64,000 nucleotides of DNA, from NCBI GenBank assembly GCA_913063225.1, contig CAJXYP010000019.1, forward strand, positions 1,178 to 65,177. The letters run 5' to 3'. Of the stretch, positions 18,897 through 26,879 are shown piece after piece; within the stretch, counting starts at the first letter, position 1; each line of letters opens with the position of its first letter. Below the pieces are notes generated by a model that did not search any database, was not told the DNA's origin, and saw only the letters and a list, made by a program, of their open reading frames with translations. This stretch comes from an uncultured Cellvibrionales bacterium. GTDB taxonomy: Bacteria > Pseudomonadota > Gammaproteobacteria > Pseudomonadales > GM7GCV1. The position numbers were made by a program, and so were the translations under genes.

Positions 18897-20165
18897 TTAG
18901 AAATGTCCTTCCGTGTTTGCCGCAAGTGAAGTTAGCCCAAGGGCAATGGCTGAAGCTTCGATAGCTCTTGTTTGAACTACCAAGGCATCAATAGCATTTT
19001 GGATCATTGCTGTGCCTTCTGAATTTCCAAAAGATATTAGCTGATCAAAGGCTACGCCAGACTGTGCTGAATCAACTATTAGTCCAATAATTTGAGTCGT
19101 GCTGTTAAGCGCCGCCGTTAACTCCACAGCAAGAGCCGGGTCGTGTTTCTCCAATAGCTCAACGACCGATAAACCGCTGCTAAGGTTTCTAGTAAAGTTG
19201 GACTGGCCCATCAATACGTTTGATATGCCAATTTGATCGTGCAAAAGAGTGAAGTGCGTATTGTCAGAGAAACAATCGTGCTCGTCTTCGGGAGAGTTAG
19301 CGTAGAGAGCAACCTTCATACGTTCGCCCGCCAATTCACCTAGGGAAAGGCTACCGACTCCAAAAAGAATACGACGCAGCTGCTCCTTGGCATACAGTGC
19401 CGAAAATTCATTGCTATAGCTGTCCGCGGATGTAGCGTCCCATTGGGTAATAACCCATTCAAGATCTTCAATTAGCAGCTCCGTTACCGACTGCAGATAG
19501 TCGCGTCGGCGGTCGCAATTGCCATTTGTGCACTCAGTTGTATCAAGAGCAAAGTCTGTAATCGGGCGGTTGCCAGCTCCCGGACCCGTACCGTTTAAAT
19601 CTTGGCCCCAGAGTAGAAATTCTATGGCATGCCATCCAGTAGCAACATTCGCTTCCGTGCCGCCCAGTTCGTTTAGGCTAGCTAGGAGCTCAGAGTTCAA
19701 ATCGGTTAGGTCGAGAGTTTGAGGCCCAAAGCTCAAACTGGTATTCGCAATCAGGTTTGCCTGGCCGACAGGATTTCCGAGCTCATAGAAATAGTTGGTG
19801 TGGTCTACGTAGTCGATAAATCCTTCATCCAAAGGCCATGCATTCAGCTGAGGTTCCCAGTCATCAATAATTACATTGCCAAAACGGAAGGCTTCGATCT
19901 CAGCGTAAGGTTTGCGCGCTTCTGTCCAGCTATTTTTTGCGGTCTGAAGGCTAGCTTCGCTTGGAGATGCCAAGAAGGCTTGAACGGCATTTTGCATGAC
20001 AAGAGCTTCATTCAAAGATGCACCGAAGGCTTCTGAGGCGAGTTCCAGATAGCGTTCGCCAACGGATTCAAGTTCAGAATCTGTAGGTGCAGCCTGACCA
20101 GCCGGACTGAAGGATAGGCATATAGCGGCAAGCGCGCTTAATAGAGGAAGGTTCTTAATAGGCAT
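18897..20165 (-). CDS. imelysin / IrpA-like peptidase M75 family protein
   Basis: Signal peptide, GWHAIEFLLWGQD (HxxE-type imelysin motif) and cluster context. Confidence 0.75.
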   Translation of the reverse strand: MPIKNLPLLSALAAICLSFSPAGQAAPTDSELESVGERYLELASEAFGASLNEALVMQNAVQAFLASPSEASLQTAKNSWTEARKPYAEIEAFRFGNVIIDDWEPQLNAWPLDEGFIDYVDHTNYFYELGNPVGQANLIANTSLSFGPQTLDLTDLNSELLASLNELGGTEANVATGWHAIEFLLWGQDLNGTGPGAGNRPITDFALDTTECTNGNCDRRRDYLQSVTELLIEDLEWVITQWDATSADSYSNEFSALYAKEQLRRILFGVGSLSLGELAGERMKVALYANSPEDEHDCFSDNTHFTLLHDQIGISNVLMGQSNFTRNLSSGLSVVELLEKHDPALAVELTAALNSTTQIIGLIVDSAQSGVAFDQLISFGNSEGTAMIQNAIDALVVQTRAIEASAIALGLTSLAANTEGHF

Positions 20166-20193
20166 ATTGAATAATTCACTAATTGGTCTAAAT

Positions 20194-20212
20194 ACGAATG
20201 AGAAATATTATC
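20194..20212. promoter_or_regulatory. candidate Fur box upstream of the imelysin cluster
   Basis: ACGAATGAGAAATATTATC matches the 19-bp consensus GATAATGATAATCATTATC at 13 of 19 positions. It lies 29-47 nt upstream of the start at 20165. Confidence 0.4.
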
Positions 20213-20248
20213 ATTTAGAAATGGGGAAGAGCAATGTGTTAATCGGAG

Positions 20249-20932
20249 TCAGCTATCTTTTCTTAGACTAAAAATGACAATTCCAGATAAAACGAGCAGG
20301 CCGGATAAGAATCCTATTAATAGAGTGATGGGTAGCCCATCTTCGTCAGCTTGCATAGTTTCATTTGGGGCTGGAATTATGTCTGGTTTAGATGCAAGGG
20401 ATTGAACTGGCGGTCCATTGGATAGCTCGCCCATATATCCGGCCGATCCGGTACTGGTATCTATATCAAACCCGATCCAGGTTGGCGGGTAGCAAAGTCC
20501 GGCTTCTGCGCAGCCTTGAAATTGCACATACAGGTTTTGTGTGTCTTCGGGAATATCCAAATTAATTAGCAGATTACTGTAATAGACCTCCAAGTCTTCC
20601 TGAAAAAAATCGTCGAACTTAGTTACTCCCGTCGGGTAACTGGCACCAACCTCGAGGCCAGAGTCAGTCTGATATGCAAAACGAGCGCGATAGAGGTAGT
20701 AGTCTGGTTCTATATACCACTCAACTTGAGCATCTCGATCCATGCCCCATATCAAAGTGGGAATAAATGCATCCATAACGCGCAGAAAAGGGCTTTCATC
20801 CAAAGCACTAGAAAAACTATTTCCGCCGAAGAGGTCGTCCGTCTGAGCTGATGCCGGGTTGACAGAAAATAGAAAGATCAGCATCAATAGCGCTGATGGG
20901 ATCGGTAGCGGAGAGAAAAGGTGTTTTGCCAT
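20249..20932 (-). CDS. DsbD N-terminal (alpha) domain-like protein with a C-terminal membrane anchor
   Basis: FQGCAEAGLCYPP and the preceding beta-sandwich segment resemble the DsbD alpha domain. It has a signal peptide and a terminal TM segment. Confidence 0.7.
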   Translation of the reverse strand: MAKHLFSPLPIPSALLMLIFLFSVNPASAQTDDLFGGNSFSSALDESPFLRVMDAFIPTLIWGMDRDAQVEWYIEPDYYLYRARFAYQTDSGLEVGASYPTGVTKFDDFFQEDLEVYYSNLLINLDIPEDTQNLYVQFQGCAEAGLCYPPTWIGFDIDTSTGSAGYMGELSNGPPVQSLASKPDIIPAPNETMQADEDGLPITLLIGFLSGLLVLSGIVIFSLRKDS

Positions 20933-21006
20933 ATTGAGTTTCGCGCAAAAGTTGGTAAATCAAACTAGAACCGAAATTTTACCCTTTTCCTTGGGTTGTT
21001 ACTTGC

Positions 21007-21513
21007 TTGCTCGACTATAATCTCATCATGGTAATTTACTTCTTCCCTAAAATCGGTCTCAAAAGCTGCTCCATTTTTTTTGCGGCACTACCTCTTATAG
21101 TGGTTTTTATACTGAGTTCAGTTGTTAGCACTCAAAGTTTGGCTAACCCCAGGCTAAATATTGAATCCGCGTACGTTACTGCCTTGATTCCCGGCCAAGA
21201 GACTTCTGCAGGTTATTTGAGTATTACCAACTCTGGGGATCAAGATCAGGTTCTGCAAAGCTTCAGCACATCTGCTGCGCAGATGGTGCAGTTACATACA
21301 ACCACCATGAGCAACGGCATGATGAGCATGGATAAGGTTAATGATTTAGTGGTGCCCGCCGGTGGCAGTATCGAAATGCAACCCGGTGGCCTGCATCTAA
21401 TGATTATGGGTGTCGACAAAGAATCCTTCGCCGGTGAATCACTTGATATGCAAATCAGCTTTGTCAGTGGTGACGTCCTGGAAATCAATGTGCCAATAAA
21501 GAAGAGCTTTTAG
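21007..21513 (+). CDS. copper chaperone PCu(A)C (DUF461)
   Basis: GYLSITNSG...LHTTTMSNGMMSM...GGLHLMIMG is the H/M copper-binding pattern of PCuAC. The true start may be the ATG at 21028. Confidence 0.8.
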   Translation: MLDYNLIMVIYFFPKIGLKSCSIFFAALPLIVVFILSSVVSTQSLANPRLNIESAYVTALIPGQETSAGYLSITNSGDQDQVLQSFSTSAAQMVQLHTTTMSNGMMSMDKVNDLVVPAGGSIEMQPGGLHLMIMGVDKESFAGESLDMQISFVSGDVLEINVPIKKSF

Positions 21514-21544
21514 TGGTTCTACAAAACAGAGCTCAAGAGTCGCT

Positions 21545-22588
21545 TTGACTAGCCCAGTGTCTCTTAGCGGGATGGGTTGGCAGCCCTTCTTTCAACAACA
21601 ACTTAGCCTTGAAGAGTGGGATGCGGTTACGCCAGCGCGCGTTGTTGAACAGCACAAATCCAATATTGAAGTAATTACCGAACAGGGCAAGCAAACCTTG
21701 CCCGTTACCAGCTCTACGCCAGAATTAACGGTGGGTGACTGGGTTCTGTTGGAGTCCGATGGGCGCTTACTGCGCGTTATGCAAAGGCAAAGCTGTTTTC
21801 GTCGCAAAGCTGCGGGCCACAAGGTAGCCGAACAACTGTTAGCCGCCAACGTGGATACGGCGTTTATCGTGGTCTCCCTCAACGATGACTTTAATTTAAA
21901 CCGCATTGAGCGGTATTTAAGCGTGATCAATCAGGCAGGTTCTGAACCTGTGGTCGTGCTAACCAAAATGGATCTTTGCCCGGATCCTGAGTCCCTAAAA
22001 GCGGAAGTCCAGGGCCTCGATAATTTACTTTGCGTCGAGATGGTTAACGCTAGGGATACTGATAGTATTTCGGCGCTATTACCCTGGTGTTTGCCCGGCA
22101 AGACAGTAGCGATGTTGGGTTCTTCGGGCGCCGGCAAGTCGACATTGACCAATGGCTTGTTGGGAGAAGAGCGTCAAGCTACTGGAGAGATTCGGGACGA
22201 GGACGAAAAAGGTCGGCATACCACTACCCATAGATCGCTTTTGTCGATGCCAAGTGGCGCGATGATTATTGATACACCCGGTATGCGAGAGTTACAGCTT
22301 TCGGAATGCGAAGCGGGAGTTGCCGCTACTTTTGCAGATATAGAAGAGCTATCCAGAACCTGTAAGTTTAACGATTGCCGGCACGATAGTGAACCAGGCT
22401 GTGCGGTTCAAAAGGCAATCGAAGATGGCAATCTAGATACCCGGCGTTTTGAAAACTACAGCAAACTGAATCTAGAGCAGGCTTTCAATGCGGCCAGCAT
22501 GGCGGAACGTCGAGCAGTCGGCAAAAATACAAGCCAGTATCACAAGCGGGTGCAAAACGAATCCCGTAAGCACAAGGGCAACAAATAG
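21545..22588 (+). CDS. rsgA: ribosome small-subunit-dependent GTPase A
   Basis: Circularly permuted GTPase motifs (TKMDL, GSSGAGKSTL, DTPGMRE) and the zinc knuckle CKFNDCRHDSEPGC. Confidence 0.9.
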   Translation: MTSPVSLSGMGWQPFFQQQLSLEEWDAVTPARVVEQHKSNIEVITEQGKQTLPVTSSTPELTVGDWVLLESDGRLLRVMQRQSCFRRKAAGHKVAEQLLAANVDTAFIVVSLNDDFNLNRIERYLSVINQAGSEPVVVLTKMDLCPDPESLKAEVQGLDNLLCVEMVNARDTDSISALLPWCLPGKTVAMLGSSGAGKSTLTNGLLGEERQATGEIRDEDEKGRHTTTHRSLLSMPSGAMIIDTPGMRELQLSECEAGVAATFADIEELSRTCKFNDCRHDSEPGCAVQKAIEDGNLDTRRFENYSKLNLEQAFNAASMAERRAVGKNTSQYHKRVQNESRKHKGNK

Positions 22589-22609
22589 AGAGTTTTAGCG
22601 GTCGCTAGG

Positions 22610-23413
22610 TTATCTAGCGCGAACGTAGATTTGTTTGTTGTTAGTGCCGGGTTGAGTGCGCTCTTCAGTTATAAAAAGGTCCGAATTGTCACTCACTAGA
22701 TTGGATAGCTTGGAAAACCCAAAGTTTCTTGGGTCAAAGTCTGGCTGCAGTTTGTTTAAGTAGCTGCCAAAGGTGCTTAGCATTGCCCAGCCAACATCAT
22801 CACTCGATTGCTCCAGAGCATCCAACATAAATTGCTTAGGGAAGTTCGGTTTAGACTTTCGAGGCGCTCTCGGTTTTTTGGTTTCTGAGGTTTTCGTGTT
22901 TTCCACTTTTTGCGCGACTACAGATGGCTTCTTGGCGCGAGAAGGTCGTAACACCTCGGTAAATATAAACTTGTGGCAGGCGTTCTTGAAGGCCGCTGGA
23001 GTTTTCTGTTCGCCAAACCCGAGCACGGTCAAACCTTCTTCCCGAATACGCATGGCTAGCCCGGTAAAGTCACTGTCGCTGGTAACCAGGCAGAAGCCGT
23101 CAAATTTGCGAGTGTAGAGCAGATCCATAGCGTCAATGATCATGGCGCTATCGGTAGCATTTTTACCGGTCGTATAGGCAAATTGCTGAACCGGCTTAAT
23201 GGCATGTTGTTGAAGTACGTTCTTCCAAGAACCGCTTTGAGGCGAGGTAAAGTCGCCATATATGCGTTTTACTGTGGCCTCGCCAAAGCGTGCAACCTCT
23301 GCAAGTAGCCCTTCAATTACTGCGGCTTGAGCGTTGTCCGCATCAATCAGCACCGCCAGTCGAAGTGAGGATTCTTCCGAATCGGTTTTGGCAATCGTTC
23401 GTGGTGAAACCAT
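22610..23413 (-). CDS. NYN-domain (LabA-like) ribonuclease-fold protein with a C-terminal OST-HTH/LOTUS-like domain
   Basis: LAVLIDADNAQ...KRIYGDF...CLVTSDSDF is the NYN acidic-residue pattern. A basic linker is followed by a small helical C-terminal domain. Confidence 0.8.
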   Translation of the reverse strand: MVSPRTIAKTDSEESSLRLAVLIDADNAQAAVIEGLLAEVARFGEATVKRIYGDFTSPQSGSWKNVLQQHAIKPVQQFAYTTGKNATDSAMIIDAMDLLYTRKFDGFCLVTSDSDFTGLAMRIREEGLTVLGFGEQKTPAAFKNACHKFIFTEVLRPSRAKKPSVVAQKVENTKTSETKKPRAPRKSKPNFPKQFMLDALEQSSDDVGWAMLSTFGSYLNKLQPDFDPRNFGFSKLSNLVSDNSDLFITEERTQPGTNNKQIYVRAR

Positions 23414-23506
23414 GGTTTTGCTCCCCTTATCTAGGCTTCTGTCTAGTTTAATGGCTAAGCCTATGCCTAGACTTTAGAGCATCAGACCAGAAGAACGCAC
23501 GTTTTT

Positions 23507-23989
23507 TTAGAGGTTAAGCCTAATAAGGCTTTGCCGAGTCGCCAATAAGGATAAACACGCATCCGCAGCTTCTTGTCCTTTAACTTTGAAGTGATTCAGA
23601 AAAAACGCTACATCTTGGTCGGAATCGCTAAAGCTCTTTGGTGTTAATACCACTGACAAAATGGGTAATCCTGTGTCTAGCTGCGCCTGCATCAAGCCGG
23701 ATATAACCGCATCCGCCACAAATTCATGACGATAAATCGCACCATCAACCACTAGGCCACAGCAGATAATCGCTGAATATTGGCCAGCCTTTGCAAGATC
23801 TTTTGCTAGCAATGGAATCTCAAATGCGCCCGGAACGTCAAATGTATCAACGCTGGCGGTGCCATTAGTGAGGCGCGCCATTTCTTCAGCAAAGCCTTGA
23901 TGTCCGCTATCGACAATATCTTGATGCCAAGCCGCTTTGATAAAAGCAACGCGGAGGTTGGGGATTTCAGGTTCGAAACCCTGATTCAT
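23507..23989 (-). CDS. ribH: 6,7-dimethyl-8-ribityllumazine synthase
   Basis: VAFIKAAWHQDIV...VPGAFEIPL...CCGLVVDGAIYRHEFVA. I placed the start at the ATG at 23989, preceded by GAGGAG. It lies directly downstream of an FMN riboswitch. Confidence 0.85.
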   Translation of the reverse strand: MNQGFEPEIPNLRVAFIKAAWHQDIVDSGHQGFAEEMARLTNGTASVDTFDVPGAFEIPLLAKDLAKAGQYSAIICCGLVVDGAIYRHEFVADAVISGLMQAQLDTGLPILSVVLTPKSFSDSDQDVAFFLNHFKVKGQEAADACLSLLATRQSLIRLNL

Positions 23990-24073
23990 AGCTATCTCCT
24001 CAGAGGAATAGTAAATAAATTCAGGGCGACACAAATAGGCCACACCGTCGCATCAGACAGTGGTTACCAATTT

Positions 24074-24217
24074 GTTCTCTTTCATCCGGACTTTAACCGT
24101 CGGTTTCGGAATCTAACCGAATCTGCTGACCTCTTTGGCATAGAAACCAAAAGAGCGCTCGCGGACTTAAGCAAAAGCTCTTACCGCCGGTGGGGAATTA
24201 CACCCCGCCCCGAGAAC
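24074..24217 (-). promoter_or_regulatory. FMN riboswitch (RFN element)
   Basis: The minus strand reads GUUCUCGGGGCGGGGUGUAAUUCCCCACCGGCGGUAAGAGC...GUCCGCGAGCG...GGUCAGCAGAUUCGGUUAGAUUCCGAAACCGACGGUUAAAGUCCGGAUGAAAGAGAAC, the canonical RFN core with a closing P1 helix. Confidence 0.9.
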
Positions 24218-24340
24218 AGGCGGCATCTTACTGCGCAGTATGAGAAGTGTCTATCGGGAGGGGCGCAAAGATAACTAGATCGTCGGCTTGCCTATTGTAT
24301 TCAACAAAGCACCTTCAACAAGGTGTTTCAAAAAAGTTCC

Positions 24341-24781
24341 TTAGGGTAAGTCACCCATAAGGTAGCGCGGGCCAGAGCCAAAGCCTTTGGCGCGATCTTC
24401 AGGATTGTAGAGAGCGCAATTGGTTAGGGATAGACACCCGCAACCAATGCAGCCATCAAGTCGGTCACGCATCTGTAACGCAGTTTCGATGCGTTGATCC
24501 AAGGCCTCACGAAAAATGGTGCTTATGAGGGCCCAATCCGTAACCGTGGGAGTGCGACTCTCCGGTAATGATTTGAGTAGTTCAGAAATCTCTTCCAGTG
24601 GAAAGCCAAGCTGCTGAGCGATAAGTACAAATGATAGCCGCCGAATATCCGACTGGCGGAAGCGGCGCTGTTTGCCATTGTTCCGAATAGGCCGAACCAG
24701 ACCCTGAGTTTCGTAAAAGCGAATAGCCGAGACCGACAATCCCGTTCTATCCGCTATCTGTCCAATGCTTAGTTGAGCCAT
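24341..24781 (-). CDS. soxR: redox-sensitive MerR-family activator SoxR
   Basis: N-terminal HTH plus the [2Fe-2S] motif CIGCGCLSLTNC; 146 aa. Confidence 0.9.
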   Translation of the reverse strand: MAQLSIGQIADRTGLSVSAIRFYETQGLVRPIRNNGKQRRFRQSDIRRLSFVLIAQQLGFPLEEISELLKSLPESRTPTVTDWALISTIFREALDQRIETALQMRDRLDGCIGCGCLSLTNCALYNPEDRAKGFGSGPRYLMGDLP

Positions 24782-24817
24782 AGATTTTTACCACCTTCTT
24801 GATAGTCAAAAATAACC

Positions 24818-24848
24818 TTGACCTCAAGTAAGCTTGAGGTTTTAGAGT
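24818..24848 (+). promoter_or_regulatory. SoxR box inside a 19-bp-spacer promoter
   Basis: TTGACC (24818-24823), palindrome CCTCAAGTAAGCTTGAGG (24822-24839) and TAGAGT (24843-24848). The over-long 19-bp spacer is the MerR-family hallmark. Confidence 0.8.
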
Positions 24849-24889
24849 GCTCCTCGTCAAGTAAAACAAATTAATGACAGGAGATCGAA

Positions 24890-25270
24890 ATGAGCAATGC
24901 AATTCTTGAACATGTGAATGTCACAGTGTCAGATCCAGATAAAACCGCAGCGGTCTTAGGGCGGTTATTCGAGTGGCATGTGCGATGGGAGGGTGCCTCA
25001 AAAAATGACGGAAGAACGGTGCATGTAGGCACGGAGAGCAGCTATCTAGCGCTATATACTCCACCAAAAATGAAAAATGGCAGTATCGCCAGTTACCTCA
25101 CTTCAGGAGGGCTCAATCATATAGCCGTCGTTGTTGATAATCTCGACGAGATAGAGGAACGGGTTTTGACAGCTGGGTTTAAGCCGTACAATCAGGGTAA
25201 CTATGACCCTGGTAGACGCTTTTATTTCCTAGATCATGACGAGATTGAGTACGAGGTAGTTCAGTATTGA
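24890..25270 (+). CDS. VOC (glyoxalase/bleomycin-resistance/dioxygenase) family protein
   Basis: 126 aa; the LEHVNVTV...LNHIAVVV paired beta-alpha-beta-beta-beta pattern. Divergent from soxR and downstream of the SoxR box. Confidence 0.8.
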   Translation: MSNAILEHVNVTVSDPDKTAAVLGRLFEWHVRWEGASKNDGRTVHVGTESSYLALYTPPKMKNGSIASYLTSGGLNHIAVVVDNLDEIEERVLTAGFKPYNQGNYDPGRRFYFLDHDEIEYEVVQY

Positions 25271-25287
25271 TAACCGGCAACAAAAGG

Positions 25288-25328
25288 TAGGCCACACCAC
25301 TCCGAGAAAAGCCGGCATCTTACTGTGC
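25288..25328. repeat. aptamer-less copy of the two flanks of the ribH FMN-riboswitch leader
   Basis: TAGGCCACACC (25288-25298) is identical to 24036-24046. CCGAGAAAAGCCGGCATCTTACTGTGC (25302-25328) matches 24210-24236 at 24 of 27 positions. Here the two pieces are 3 nt apart instead of 163 nt. Confidence 0.7.
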
Positions 25329-25393
25329 TTGTTCTGTCATCTGCATAATACTCGTATACTTGTCCGCTATAACTACAGATACAGCGGACCGGG

Positions 25394-25918
25394 ATGAGCG
25401 ACGACATCGGCTACAAAAATAACCCCCTGCATGGTTTAAGCCTGAAAAACATGTTGATTGAGATAGTCGATCACTACGGATTCGAACTTTTGTATGCGTA
25501 CTTAGCCCTCAATTGCTTTAAAACAAACGCTGATATTGCTTCTAGTATTAAGTTTTTGAAAAAAACGGATTGGGCGCGAGAGAAAGTCGAAATCTTTTAC
25601 TTATATCAGTTTAAAAATTTGCCCCGCTGTTCTAGTGAACAATTTGAACTACCCCCGCGAGCCCGACTTATTCCTGCGGATCAAACCCCGGGAGAGCCTG
25701 CTCAGCTAAGTTTAGAAGATGCTGAGCGCTTACAAGAAAAACGTGAGCGCAAGGCCGCTGAGCATGACCGCGAGCGCAGCGGCGTTCGCACTAATGCTTA
25801 TCAACGTTCGTCTAAAGCCAAGGCTCAACCCAGATCGCAACCTAGAACTGAGTCCAGAGCTGAAAAAAAGGCTCCTTCGGATGTTTGGGCTAAGGCAAAG
25901 TCCAAAAAGTTTGATTAA
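25394..25918 (+). CDS. DUF2132 (VF530-like) small DNA-binding domain protein with a basic C-terminal tail
   Basis: NPLHGLSLKNMLIEIVDHYGFELLYAYLALNCF...FLKKTDWAREKVE resembles the VF530 four-helix domain. The C-terminal half is low-complexity and K/R/E-rich. Confidence 0.7.
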   Translation: MSDDIGYKNNPLHGLSLKNMLIEIVDHYGFELLYAYLALNCFKTNADIASSIKFLKKTDWAREKVEIFYLYQFKNLPRCSSEQFELPPRARLIPADQTPGEPAQLSLEDAERLQEKRERKAAEHDRERSGVRTNAYQRSSKAKAQPRSQPRTESRAEKKAPSDVWAKAKSKKFD

Positions 25919-26114
25919 CGCCTCCATCTGACGGTACGAGCCGTATTTATAGAACTTTAAATTTTTCGAGCTAAGCAAAAAGACTGGCTATAAAAAGCTG
26001 GCCTTTTTTGTGAGCAACTGCAATATGTCTAAGAGACATAGGCTAGTAGTTTAGACGTAGAGAAAAATGAAGCCGGTTGTTGTCGACGGTATCACTACGG
26101 CCGCTATTGGCAAA

Positions 26115-26399
26115 TTATTGTCCCCAAGCTGCATCAGCGGGATTGTCTGGAGCCGTGAGAATAATGACAGGGGTAAGTAATCCGGTTTTTTGTATTTTTT
26201 CGAGCAATCTAAAGCCATCGACTCCAGGAAGCCGTAAATCCAGAAGCACAATACCCTATAGGTTCTGACTTAAGCTTTTGAGGACATCATTACCTGTATA
26301 TAGAAAGTCTATTTTCGCATCTGGCTTATAACTTTTTAATATGGTGCTGATGCCTTCCAAGAAGAGCTTGTGATCATCAGCAAGCAATATTTCCAACAC
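26115..26399 (-). pseudogene. NarL/FixJ-type response-regulator receiver remnant (in-frame TAG, no output domain)
   Basis: My minus-strand translation gives (V)LEILLADDHKLFLEGISTILKS...SQNL*GIVLLDLRLPGVDGFRLLEKIQKTGLLTPVIILTA...GQ*. The stop is at 26256-26258. The frame ends at 26115 without an HTH domain. Confidence 0.7.
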
Positions 26400-26879
26400 T
26401 GTCTCCTGCACTTATTTAGGACAGAACAGCAAAAAATAGCCAATTCCATTGGTTATAAACTAAGCATTAAAATTGCATCTAATCAAAAAATATTTACTGC
26501 TGATTAGAACTCCATATATCAAATATTTTAGGGCATATTCAAAGCATAGGGATGAACCTTACTGATTGTATCTATCGCTGACTATATCTGAATCTCTAGT
26601 TGACTCAATCTGGTAAGTGAAGCTCTCGCGGTCAATGAGTCTAGTTTCGCTGTACGGATGACTAGCGAACTGTTTGAGCCCGATGGGTTCTTGGAAGAAC
26701 TGCGAAATCTCGGCTATAGCGTCAAAGAGGGTCAGTAAGTCTGACTGGGCTGCTATTTAGTTTGTGGCATCTCAATTTCCCCTCTAAGGCTTTACACTTC
26801 TTGACTCGAATTCAGGTCCACCCTGCCAGATGTAACTATTTGCTGTGCTAGCATCAGTCTAAATCTATCAAGGGGGATA

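Noticed and set aside
23897-24274. Plus-strand 125-aa ORF.
   Set aside because: It covers the complement of the FMN riboswitch and the ribH 5' end. The region is explained by the RNA element.
25979-26012. A possible terminator after the DUF2132 gene (GGCCTTTTTT).
   Set aside because: The sequence preceding the T-run does not form a convincing stem.
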